DNA of 64,000 nucleotides. Source: Lama guanicoe. Lineage: Eukaryota. Both the position numbers and the translations under genes were made by a program. Below the pieces are notes generated by a model, which was given only the letters and a program-made list of their open reading frames with translations, was not told where the DNA came from and made no database searches. The stretch lies in NCBI GenBank assembly GCA_013239625.1, contig MU056050.1, positions 3,520,084-3,584,083 of the forward strand. The letters are read 5' to 3'. How positions within the stretch are numbered: the stretch's first letter is position 1; the number at the start of each line of letters is the position of its first letter. Shown in pieces: positions 26,411 through 38,485 of the stretch.

Positions 26411-26819
26411 ATTGGATTAGAAAATTGATATTAGAGTCCAGAGAAAAAAAATAACCAATATAGCTATTTCCTGCCAAATAGGGGCCTGTTTCTCACAAAT
26501 GGAATCCCCAGATCTCAAGATCCAGAAAAATTATTTCTGGTTGGAATATTACTTCAATTTAAGGGCTCAAGAGCAATAATTTCAGAATAGGCTTCTACAC
26601 CCTTTTTTAGCTACCAAATGAATCAAGCACCCATGAAAAGTGGCTATCTTTGTTTCTACACCAAATTCTTTCAATACAGGTGATAAGTGAATCATATCTC
26701 ATCCAAATCAGTTAATAATTTTATGTACTGCATAATGTAACAGATTTAAGGAAGGAAATAGGAGAAATATAAGACATAGTTCTTGTATTACAGACTTGCA
26801 GTATAGGGGAGATAGTTTT

Positions 26820-28897
26820 TTTTTTTTCTTTTTAAATTTTATTTATTTATTTTTGTCTTGAAGTAGTGTAAGCTTCTTTATTTTTTACATTTTTTATTGA
26901 TTCATAATCATTTTACAGTGTTGTGTCAAATTCCAGTGTTCAGCACAATTTTTCAGTCATTCATGGACATATACACACTCATTGTCACATTTTTTTCTCT
27001 GTGATTTATCATAACATTTTGTGTATATTTCCCTCCTCTATACAGTGTAATCTTGTTTATCTATTCTACAATTTTGAAATCCCAGTCTATCCCTTCCCAC
27101 CCTCTACCCCCCCCTCCGTAACCACAAGTCTGTATTCTCTGTCCATGAGTCTATTTCTGTCCTGTATTTATGCTTTGTTTTTGTTTGTTTGTTTGTTTTT
27201 GTTTTTTAGATTCCACATATGAGCGATCTCATATGGTATTTTTCTTTCTCTTTCTGGCTTACTTCACTTAGAATGACATTCTCTAGGAGCATCCATGTTG
27301 CTGCAAATGGCATTATGTTGTCGGTTTTTATGGCTGAGTAGTATTCCATTGTATAAATATACCACCTCTTCTTTATCCAGTCACCTGTTGATGGACATTT
27401 AGGCTGTTTCCATGTTTTGGCTATTGTAAATAGTGCTGCTATGAACATTGGGGTGCAGGTGTCATCCTGAAGTAGATTTCCTTCTGGATACAAGCCCAGG
27501 AGTGGGATTCCTGGGTCATATGGTAAGTCTATTCCTAGTCTTTTGAGGAATCTCCACACTGTTTTCCATAGTGGCTGCACCAAACTGCATTCCCACCAGC
27601 AGTGTAGGAGGGTTCCCCTTTCTCCACAGCCTCTCCAGCATTTGTCATTTTTGGATTTTTGAATGACGGCCATTCTGACTGGTGTGAGGTGATACCTCAT
27701 TGTAGTTTTGATTTGCATTTCTCTGATAATTAGTGATATTGAACATTTTTTCATGTGCTTTTTGATCATTTGTATGTCTTCCTTGGAGAATTGCTTGTTT
27801 AGGTCTTCTGCCCATTTTTGGATTGGGTTGTTTATTTTTTTCTTATTGAGTCGTATGAGCTGCTTATATATTTTGGAGATCAAGCCTTTGTCGGTTTCAC
27901 TTGCAAAAATTTTCTCCCATTCCGTAGGTTTTCTTCTTGTTTTATTTCTGGTTTCCTTTGCTCTGCAGAAGCTTGTAAGTTTCATTAGGTCCCATTTGTT
28001 TATTCTTGCTTTTATTTCTTCTAGGAGAAAATTTTTGAAATGTATGTCAGATAATGTTTTGCCTATGTTTTCCTCTAGGAGGTTTATTGTATCTTGTCTT
28101 ATGTTTAAGTCTTTAATCCATTTTGAGTTGATTTTTGTATATGGTGTAAGGGTGTGTTCTAGCTTCATTGTTTTACATGCTGCTGTCCAGTTTTCCCAAC
28201 ACCATTTGCTGAAGAGACTGTCTTTATTCCATTGTATATTCTTGCCTCCTTTGTCGAAGATGAGTTGACCAAAAGTTTGTGGGTTCATTTCTGGGCTCTC
28301 TATTCTGTTCCATTGGTCTATATGTCTGTTTTGGTACCAATACCATGCTGTCTTGATGACTGTAGCTCTATAGTATTGTCTGAAGTCTGGGAGAGTTATT
28401 CCTCCAGCCTCTTTCTTTCTCTTCAGTAATGCTTTGGCAATTCTAGGTCTTTGATGGTTCCATATAAATTTTATTATGATTTGTTCTAGTTCTGTGAAAT
28501 ATGTCCTGGGTAATTGGATAGGGATTGCATTAAATCTGTAGATTGCCTTGGGCAGTGTGACCATTTTAACAATATTGATTCTTCCAATCCAAGAGCATGG
28601 AATATCTTTCCATTTTTTAAAGTCTTCTTTAATTTCCTTCATCAATGGTTTATAGTTTTCTGTGTATAATTCTTTCGCCTCCTTGGTTAGATTTATTCCC
28701 AGATATTTTATTACTTTGGGTGCTATTTTAAAGGGGATTGTTTCTTTACTTTCTTTTTCTGTTGATTTATCGTTAGTGTAAAGAAAGGCAACTGATTTTT
28801 GATTTTTAATTTTGTAACCTGCTACCTTGCTGAATTCTTCGATCAGCTCTAGTAGCTTTTTTGTGGACCTTTTAGGGTTTTCTATATATATATATAT
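26820..28897 (-). mobile_element. Young 5'-truncated L1 (~2.08 kb) with poly(A) tail and 16-bp TSD
   Basis: Perfect TSD TAGGGGAGATAGTTTT (26804-26819 / 28898-28913) at a TTTT/AA endonuclease site; 3'UTR ~26881-27205. Confidence 0.97.
27206..28890 (-). CDS. Uninterrupted C-terminal ~560 aa of L1 ORF2p (RT after FADD, thumb/wrist region, Cys-rich CTD); no EN domain and no native start
   Basis: YIENPK...[16 protein letters not shown]...GGITLPDF...[18 protein letters not shown] (CX3CX7HX4C) through to the natural stop. Confidence 0.95.
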
Positions 28898-29139
28898 TAG
28901 GGGAGATAGTTTTAATGTACAAAAAGGAATTAGATAAAATATCACTATACAAACATGTAAAATTCTACATTCTGACTATACAAATGCTGTAGGGATTCAA
29001 AAAATGGGAAAGTCAACTTAGAGTCATACAGCTTGGAATATTTCATGGGCCTCAAAGGATGGAAAAAATTTAATAATGCAAAGAGTTGAAATAAAGGCTG
29101 CCTAAGACTTTAAAATATCTCAAAGCATTCTAGACCATG

Positions 29140-29245
29140 CAAGGAAACTGAGCGATGATACAGCCCAAACTCCTCATTTTATATAAGAAATAAACCCAGA
29201 TAGAGCAGCTGACTTACCCAAGGTCCCACAGTGGATGTGTGCAGT
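29140..29245 (-). mobile_element. MIR SINE core
   Basis: 'ctcctcattttatataagaaataaacccaga...gctgacttacccaaggtcccacag'. Confidence 0.65.
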
Positions 29246-30284
29246 GCTGTGAGAGATTCTTCATTGTTCCTGTCACCTCAAGTCATCACCTACAACCTCA
29301 CTTAAATTACATAGAGGCTGCTCATTTCGATTTATGTGGGCGAAGATGCGCTCAGATGCATACTTTCTTGCTAGGAAAAACACCCTGTTAAAACATTGTC
29401 TAAACCAATTTTTTAAAAAGAATCTGGAAATGTTGACAATATAACCATAAAAATTTAAGTAAATCTTTTGCATTTAAACAACAACAGAAAATGACGCCTG
29501 GAGAGGGAGAGGCATGAAACCAGGATAACATTTTTATTATAGACTTCATGTTCTAGAGGTGTGAGTTACAGCATCATGTACACAGGGAACAGGATTTCCC
29601 CAGAAACATAATTGAGCTTGTTTATAAATGAATTACACTTTTTTCTTCTTTTCAAAATTAGCCAATGGTTTAAAAAAAAAAAAAAGGCACTGCCCAGCAG
29701 AGAGTACACTGAGATTGGCTCTCTGAAAGAAAGTTCTTCCTTTTTTACATGCTTATCCCTGACACGCAGAAACAATTTTAATTTATGTTCTGGCAGCATC
29801 TGAGCTGCAAGAAACTGAGGCTACCGACATCTGGCTTGATAAACCACATAGCTGTAAGCAAGCTTATAAATTAAATTATTTAAGTATCTCCATTTAATTT
29901 TCAACATCTCTAAGGACAGGATGACAGACTGAAATGTGTCAAATTCAAAGAAACTAGCCTAAACTCATCTGAAACATGACACTTAAAGTAATTCAATAAT
30001 ATTCCACATTTTACAAACAGACATGAAAACACATTTTACCCCATCAATATAATTTATAGCGCCCAAGTAGGCTCATGCCATGATATCCCACAAGAAGCAT
30101 AATTTAGCATGGACATAAATTTTACTTAAAGATTAAATTATTGCCTTAAATATATGACTATGTGGGAAAATCTCAGTATGTTGGGTACAATCCCCTCAGT
30201 CTAATATATTAGAGTGAATGAGGCAAGTCATCAGGAGACTTTTGTTCTCCTGTTTGGGGATATCATAATTATCACTATCAATGG

Positions 30285-31010
30285 CATTTATTAATTCATC
30301 CAGCACATATTTGTAAATATCTACAAGATGCTAGGTACAGAGCAAGGTGCTGGGGACATGGGGGTGAATAAAGTCTATATAGTCTCCAGCATCATGGGGA
30401 TTATCATGTCACCCTCGCTGGATAAAATGTACGGACTGTGCTAAAGCACTGGAACTCATTAAATCAGGATTAGTTTAAGTCCCCTTTCTGCTAGTAGCTC
30501 ACAAACGATAGATACATAATACTGACCCTGATAAAACATATACACTTGGCTACTAAAGGGATACTGCACACATGCAGGAAAAGATGGACTCCAAAAAATC
30601 TGGTTCCAGGAGTGATTTGCTCATTGTTGCGAGAATTAGGAGGGAAACTGCACCTCAATTAATCACAAAACCAAAATATACTGAGTCATTGCTTGGGCAA
30701 GGCAATCTACTAAGCTTTAGTAGAGGATTAGTGAGCTAGATATAAAAAGTCTAAACTAGAGGTAAAGCTCACGACAATGATACAAAAAAGAAAAGAAGGA
30801 AATGAAAGACATTATGAAGCACCAATGGGACACAATGACTGATTACATATGGAAAGCAAAGCACAAGAAGGGAGCAAAGAAAACCTCAAGGTTTTAAGCC
30901 TGGGTACCTGGAAGAATGAAGGGATTACTGACAGAAAGTGAGAAGGTGAATAGGGGCTCCAACTTTGGAAAAACGATGTGCTCACCTTTAGAAACATGAG
31001 TTTCAGAATG
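30285..31010 (-). mobile_element. L2 fragments (3' end ~30290-30400; body ~30780-31010)
   Basis: 'attcatccagcacatatttgtaaatatctacaagatgctaggtac...'; 'aaggttttaagcctgggtacctggaagaatg'. Confidence 0.6.
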
Positions 31011-33922
31011 AGAAAAAAAAAGAAGATCTTCTTGTGGTTTGGCAAACTAGAAATTTAAGATGAGAAATCATTATTTATGGAATAGTTTATATTCAGTCCC
31101 CTTTCCAATTCTAGTCTTATCCAGAAGTACTAACATTAAAGAAATTATCTTAAGACACTGGAAGTAACTATCAATGTTACATGGATATCAAATTATTCCA
31201 GGCCAATTTTAGTTCATTCCACCATGAAATGACAAATCACAGAGATGAAGGCAAAATAATAAAGTAATCTATTTTTATTTCTATAAGAAATCTGACTTAA
31301 ATTACATGACATTCTTAAAAGCAATGCAAAATAAGGCTTACACAAGAGTTCAGTAATTTCATTACTCTGGAGGGCCCCAGAAAACCTGAAAGAGCGCTAA
31401 GGAGGGCCCATGGCAAAACTAAGAAACGAGCAGTGGAAAAGGGAAACAGAAAAAGATGTATTAAGAAAAAATAAGAGAAGAAAGAAAGAGTAGGAGAGAA
31501 AAGCAATGCCATGATAAATGTGTCCAGTTAATATTTGTAAAGTGCTCAGAACAGTGCCTGACACACAAATGCTATATATATATATATATATTCTGTACTC
31601 ATAATGCTGACAATATGACTCCCTTACCCTTTGTATAGATATTCACATGCTTAAAAGCAGAAGCCTACAGCAAATGATTTCTCAAGGTCCTCTGCAGCTC
31701 AGTTATTTCATACACCTACGTTTCCCATCATTTAAAGAGATTTCACTAGAGAAAAAAACTGATGATATTGTCGACGCATCAGAATTCGATTTTCTACGTC
31801 ATCACTTTCCATTTTACCTAAAGGTATAGTAGAACTATTTTTTTTTCAACACACAGCACTCATTTGGTAGATTTCCTAGAGTTTGTGAGCATTATGTACT
31901 TCATCCAACACTAAACACATTAACAACTACTATTCTTTAAACAGCCCGTTCATTTATAAGGTAGCCCTGTCAGTAGGTTCTACTGTAAATCATTTGGTAC
32001 ACCGAACTCTGTGTTCCCATCAGTAATGAAGTAGGCATTTTTATTCAAATGTAGCAGGATGTTCAGCTCCCAGGATAATGATTAAGCGAAGATCTCCTTT
32101 TTTATTCTGCAGACAAAGCAGATACCATACTTACAGTTTAGGCTCTCAGGGACAAAAACCTTAATGGAGGCCAAGATTTCCTCAGACTTTATGGAAATAA
32201 CCTTTTTAAAAGTTTGCATTCTGTGCTCCCTCTCTATGGCAATTCTGATTTCTTTTTCCTGGGGTCAGAATATTCTTGACAGGCCTCCCACTCCCTTGCT
32301 CTTCTTTAATAGTACTGTGATTTCCTCACTTCTCTTTCTAATGAATATTTCATCTGTCTGAAGGAATAATCATTGTGTGTTTACCAAATGACAAAATGAC
32401 TTACAAAAATGTACTTAACTGAAAATCAGCCTTTCTTAGAATCACCAAACAGTCTCCTTTCAGCTCCCTCCTCCACCTCCTAAAACTATTGTCAACAATA
32501 AAATGAATAGTAACTTCATGTGCTCTCTTATGATTAAAACTATAAGCTTGATGCAAATTAATACTCATAGGTAGCATTCACATCATACAGTATGTGGTTG
32601 TAAGCTTAGATCAGGGCATGCAAATAAGTGCATCTTTCATTCTGTGTTCATACACAGTATACAAAACAGTCAAGCATCAATCAGAGTGCTTTTGAACAAA
32701 GCAGTGTGTAAAATTAAATAAAATGAACAAGGGCATTGAAAACATGTATTATTTATATTAATTTATCATTGAAGGTTTACACCATACACTATGAATTATA
32801 TCCATCCAGTTTAACCAAGTGAGAATTCTGAAAATAGGAAGAGAACAAATCAGTTATCTATTACACACAGCGATAGTCAGCCATGTCACTTAAAGTATAT
32901 CTTTTAAAATTAAAGTTCGCATGCAGTCGTACAGGTGAGTCTGGAACAAAATAGGTAGCTGATGTGTTCTTGAAAAACAGCCATTTAAAATCATACAAGT
33001 TGAATAGTTTCATCTAACATTTGTCAGGCATCTAGTCAAAGTAGGACAACATTTGAAGGTCACCAATTCAACGTCTGTCCTATAGAAGAGACCCTGCCTA
33101 CTTCAGATAGTGTGCCCACGGCAACGGATTACATTGCCCCTTTGTACTTTTATCAGAATTTTTGTCACTGGCTTTTTATTTTTCTTTACCTTTTTTTGAA
33201 AAAGAATATATAGTGATTCTCAATATAGTTTGGAAGTACTTTAGGCTGAAGAAATAGTGATTTCAAATTTATTAAGGTGAAATGGAGGGCTGGACTTTGC
33301 CTCACCCAGAAGACACTTTGCTGCATTCAGGTGTCAGGTTAGCAATATCATGGGGCTGAATAACATCCCTAAGGAAGATATGCTCAGAGAGATTTTCCAG
33401 AAACCGTAAGAGCCATTTTGATTAACTCTGATTCCATTTCCTAAACATCTAGTGTTGGAATTTTTGTTGGAAAACATGGATGCATTTCAGATGATGGCTT
33501 ATCTATAAGCACTTAGGAAAAGCGCAAGGCTTTGTTTTCAGTTTTGTGATTGTTGTGTGTGTGTGTGTGTGTTTCTTGGAGTAGAGGAATAAGTACCAAC
33601 TAAGCAATGCTTCCCTTTTCCTTAAAAGATTGGCGCTAAATGCTACAAGAAAATGAATTGAACCTACAAGTTAAGGTTCATTATGCACCTTGCAGATGGA
33701 AGTGTATGAGTGGTTGTCCCATTCACACAATTCAAGTATGTAATCAGTCACTAAGATGAGCAGACTCCAAAGGAGAATGATGGCACTATTAAATATATCT
33801 TTTCAATGAAGTTTATGGCAGTGAATGACTGTAATTGACCATTTCACCATTTTTCTGCCTCCATACTAAGATGATTCTACAGTTTCATGGAACTATAAAC
33901 TGACAAGTAAATTGAGAATATG

Positions 33923-33925
33923 TAC

Positions 33926-33977
<52 letters not shown>

Positions 33978-34010
33978 ATCTATCTACCTGTCTCTATCTA
34001 TCTATCCATA
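33923..34010. repeat. (TA)n plus (TCTA)n compound microsatellite
   Basis: ~50 bp of TA followed by degenerate TATC units. Confidence 0.95.
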
Positions 34011-34050
34011 TCTGTAAGGATATACCTTGTGCCAGAAAAGATCAACTTAC

Positions 34051-34264
34051 CTGTACAACTGCCCCTTTGCAACAAAAACAAGTCTACCAGTTTAATTCTT
34101 CTTGCTTAGTATGCACTTTTGCTTCTCTAAAGTCTAATAGGCTCTGTTATATTCCTCATCTCACCATTGCAGGTAGGTACTTTATCCTACTGTACAATTT
34201 TTTCTCTGCCTACTCCCAACCTTACAGAGATAGCTTGTAGCTTTGGTGAAAAATCTGACCATTA
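34051..34264 (-). other. Candidate 214-nt non-coding exon of the host gene
   Basis: ttgac branch-like site, ~28-nt pyrimidine tract, tttcag acceptor; consensus CAG|gtaagt donor. Confidence 0.4.
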
Positions 34265-34800
34265 CTGAAATAGGCCACACACAAAAAAAGAAAAGAAAAG
34301 AAGAAAAAAGGTCAACCTACATGATACTCTCTTACTCTCCCCTACTAAACAGCATGGATGCTCTGCCATACTTTGATTTTTCTTTTTGGTGAAGCAGCAA
34401 TATAGAGAAAGCTAGGTCACAGGAGAGTTCAAGGGGAATTTAAAAATGAACATGTTTTGGATTCACTGATCTATACTATAAAAAGGATGATTGTCAGCTA
34501 TGAGCAAATTTAACACTCAGAAATCCTTATAGGATTGACTGCAAATATACAGGAAGTCCCTGGATGAAAGCTCAATCTAACTACATCTGGACCTGTATCT
34601 TGACTATTCTGATTTTACGTAAAGAAGAGACAATGACCAAACTGAAAAAAGGAGATAAACTAATTCAAATTAAAAACAAACTAAAGAATACTAAAGCTTA
34701 AATTATTTTTTTGAGATTCTCTCATTCTGATGTTCCATAGGCTCCCCAAACTCAATAGGTATAAAATGGAACTCCTTATCCTGTACTTTCACTTCCATCA

Positions 34801-35002
34801 CCAAGGCAGATAAATGGGATCGGGGTGGGGTGGGGTAGGGTTGGGAGAAACTGGTACAAAAATACAGGGTCAAACTTTCTAAAAGAGGGCCCAGGATCTG
34901 ACTACAAGTTCTGTTTAAAGATTTTTAGCTGACCTTCCCTTGCTAGGGTCATGACATTTTTTCTTTTTCCAACTCAACCTAAACTTGATCTCAGTAACGC
35001 TG
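34801..35002. mobile_element. MER96/MER96B-like hAT element
   Basis: 'ctggtacaaaaatacaggg...gggcccagg...tttaaagatttttagctgaccttcccttgctaggg'. Confidence 0.6.
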
Positions 35003-35114
35003 AATGGTATCACTATCCACCCAGTCTCCCAAGCCAGAAACCTTTCCCTTACTCCCCATATCTAATGAGTGACTCATGCCTGTCAGTTCTACAGAGTCAG
35101 CATGTCTCAAATCT

Positions 35115-35301
35115 CAGGGTTCTCAAACTGTAGTCCCTGGACCAGTGGCATCAGCATCCTCTGGGAACTTGTTAGAAATGCAAATTCTTGGGCCCCATCC
35201 CAGATCACCTGAAGCAGAAACTCAAGAGTAAGGTCTAGCAATTTGCAGCTTAATAAGCCTTCCAAGTGATTCTGATACACTCTCAAGTTTAAGAACCACT
35301 G
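35115..35301. mobile_element. Full-length MER5A (hAT-Charlie)
   Basis: TIRs cagggttctcaaact / agtttaagaaccactg; flanking ctcaaatc / ttcaaatc TSD remnant. Confidence 0.92.
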
Positions 35302-36305
35302 TTCAAATCTATCCCTTTATTGTTATCCCCATTGCTAATTGCCACCTGGCCCTCACCATCTCTCATCTGGCCTACAGTAATAGTTTCTTAACTGGTTTCC
35401 TGGCCATCAGAAGTTTTACCCCCTCCAATCCATTCTGCATACTATCACCTCTATATCACAAATGTGATTATTAATGTCCTTCCCTAGTTCCTCCATGACT
35501 ATAGAAGTGGCTTTTAAGCTATGTTCCTAGGTGAATTTGTTTCAAGGTTCACCTGTCAGACAATACAAAAGCTCCATGGGTGGTACATCAAACCTCTAAT
35601 TTCATAAGTAGCATTAGAAAGCACTGGCCTACTGGAAAAAGGAGATGTTCCTTAGGCCAGAGAAGTCCCTCTTCATCTGTCCCCAGCCTACATCTCCAGC
35701 CTCATCTTCTCTCATGACTACCTTCTACATTACCCTTTATCTGAACAGGATGATTGCAGTTCCTCTAAAAGATCAGGCTATTTGATGTTTTTGCACCACT
35801 GCTTCTTTTTCTTAGAACATCTTCCCATCCCCACCATTTGTTCATCAGATAATACCAAACTGCTAATCCATAACCTCTACCAGTTCACACTTACAGAATG
35901 GCTTGCAGTACTACCATCACCTTCTCTATAAGACATGTTCAGATACCTGTTTCTCATCCTTTTACTAGATGGACCTAATTAACCCACTCTTTATGTCCTT
36001 ACAGTGGTGATAATATTGGTGAGAGTGATAGTTAATATTGACTGAGGATATACTATGTTATATACCAGCCATTGTGCAAAGTGAGACTGGGGATAGGAGC
36101 AACAGAAAACTGCCAGGTATTTCAGAGAGCTCATAAACAGCTATACTTCTAATGGAGGGGTCTGATACGGATATCTAGGAAAAATGATAACTAGACAAAT
36201 ATCCCTGTGTACCAAGATCAACATGAACCATGCCTTTCAGCAACAGCAATTGCTAACATCTGGAGATTTCCCCCCAGTTTTCTGTACTGGGTAAATAAAC
36301 TTCAA

Positions 36306-36788
36306 TGTACTAGTTTTCTATTGTCACTGTAATAAACTACCACAGACTTGGTGGTGTAAAACAACACAGATTTATCTTACGGTTTTCTAAGTTAGAATTC
36401 TGAAATGGACCTTGAAGGGCTAAAATCAAGGTGTCAGCAGGACTACATTCCTTTCTAGAGTCTCTAGGAGATAATGTTTTTCCTTACTCTTTCCAGCTTC
36501 TAGAGGTTTGTGACCACTGTCTTCAAAGCCAGCAATATCAGGCTGTCTTTTTCGTGCTGGCATCTCTCTGGTTCTCTCTCTTCTGCTCCCTCTTCCACTT
36601 TGAAGGACCCTTGTGATTACACTGACTTCACCAGTTAACTAGGATAACTTCCCTTTTTTAAGGTCAGCTGAACAGCAACCTTAATTCCATCTGCAATCTT
36701 AGTTTCCGTTTGCCATGTGATGCAACATATTCACAGGTTCCAGGGATTAAGACATGGACATCTTCGGGAGGCCATTCTGCCTACCATG
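36306..36788 (-). mobile_element. MaLR LTR (MLT1C/D-like)
   Basis: 'tgtactagttttctattg...actaccacagacttggtgg...gggctaaaatcaaggtgtcagcaggac...gaggccattctgcctacca'. Confidence 0.88.
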
Positions 36789-36812
36789 ATCAGTGATTCC
36801 TACAGATTTTTT

Positions 36813-36849
36813 TTTTATTGAGTTATAGTCAGTTTACAATGTTGTGTCA
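36813..36849 (-). mobile_element. Ultra-short (~37 bp) L1 3'-end insertion
   Basis: Minus strand tgacacaacattgtaaactgactataactcaataaaa matches the L1 terminus (cf. 26891-26928); TSD cctacagatttttt / cctgcagatttttt. Confidence 0.88.
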
Positions 36850-38334
36850 CCTGCAGATTTTTTGATTGGGGGGCCATCTGAGATTACATATCTCATGGCC
36901 CTACTGATTAGGTTCTGATATGTAAATCTTTTTAATTTAGAAAAATAATAATGAATGCTATGAGCAAATAAATTCATATGTATTCCACACCTACAACACT
37001 TGATTCTTTTACTTCTTTGTGTATAGGTCAGTCCTCACTTCTCTACTAGTAGCTCGTGACTGGGGACTATGTCCCTTATTGATTTTTGTTTCCCTAGCAA
37101 CTAGCACCATGCCTGGCACATTGTAGAAACTTATTGTTTATTATAGTAATAAAGAAATGAAAAATGCTTCTTCTGGGAAAAGACATTCGTCGAGTTGTAT
37201 TTGTTACTTATTTCAGAATTGTACACATCTCAAAAGCTGAATCTAGTGCTAAAAATGGAGAGGGAAGCTGAATATATACTATTCTAAAAATCCATTTTAA
37301 ATGAATGTCAGAGATATTTTTAAAAATTAATTTCTAAAATGGATCATTCGTAGGTAGAATAAGGAGCAAAAGAAAGGGAACTGTTCCCCTAAACCATATG
37401 AATTCCTACGTACCATTTCAAATCAATACGGGGAAAGTCACTTCTAAACTTATGATTCATGAACTTCATTTACCGCTCCTTCTTTTGGTTTGATCAGAAT
37501 AGCCATTTTTATATAGTACTAGAATTGTTGACATTTTATTGTATTACCACATCTCATTATTATGTATTAAATGCTATTATTTATGGCTACTACTTAATCT
37601 GGTGTGAGATGGAAAAATTATTGAAGGCTTGGTATCTCAGGAACAGGCATTTTATAGGGATGAAAGACTGACTAGGAAGAGTCAATGGTCCTTCAGCTGC
37701 CCCTCAGATCATTAACTCCAAGTGGTTATTTGCTCCCAGGCACTGTCCTGTGCCCAGGTTGTTATTGCTGTGTTATGTAGATGAAGGAGAATATATTTTA
37801 AGTGCTTTAATATGAACTCAATGCTCATGAAGGGTGCCAGATTGAAAGCACTGGAGTCTGAAGTCATCGGGTTACGCACTTGGCTGGTTCCAAGTTTCAG
37901 AGAGATGTTTGACCTTGAATGACCCACCTTGCAAGAGGGAGAACACATACAGTTTTACTGAACTTCAAAAGATTGACAGAGGAGTGCCATAGTAGCATCC
38001 CAAAGTTAAGCATTTTTATCAAGGAGGAAAATGAGACTACTAACTAAACTTCTACTTGAATTTGTTTCGTACAATGCCAATACTGGTGTGCGTTGGGGTA
38101 GGGAAGGAGGGCTGTGGTGTTAGCAAACACAATTGCTTTAAGATAAAAAGTAAATCAATGCCCTATTACCGGTGCACTAAACCACTTAAATAAGCCGCGA
38201 TCTTTTAAACAACTGGTGTGTGTATTCCAACTTAATGGCCAATCTTGATTTCATTTTGCATACTTGAGAAGAGTCCTTAATTTTCTAAAAATCAGAAAAT
38301 TTGAACTGTATGATCAGGAAGACAGTTGACACTA

Positions 38335-38485
38335 TCCCTCCCAAAGTTTGTATTATAGGTGTGAGAAAACCAAGGCCCAGGGTAGAGAAGTGACCTAGGA
38401 AGACCATATCACTCATATAAGACTGGGAGTAGAGCCTACATTTTCAAACTAACAGGCAACAGCTTTTCTACTATACCATGTTGTC
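38335..38485 (-). mobile_element. MIR SINE
   Basis: 'tattataggtgtgagaaaaccaaggcccagggtagagaagtgacc...cttttctactataccatg'. Confidence 0.65.

Larger units (their letters stand above)
34720..36000 (+). mobile_element. L2 fragment interrupted by MER96-like and MER5A elements
   Basis: 'cccaaactcaatagg...ggaactcc', 'cactatccacccagtctcccaagccagaaacct', 'ctcaccatctctcatctggcctac'. Confidence 0.7.

Noticed and set aside
27708..28429. Plus-strand ORFs of 186 aa and 65 aa
   Set aside because: Antisense shadow ORFs of L1 ORF2; the same applies to 7465-8163
28891..28945. N-terminus ([16 protein letters not shown]) of the 579-aa ORF
   Set aside because: It starts at GTG in flanking DNA and the TSD; chance extension, not part of ORF2p
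33912..34240. YIYIYI ORFs
   Set aside because: Translation of the (TA)n microsatellite
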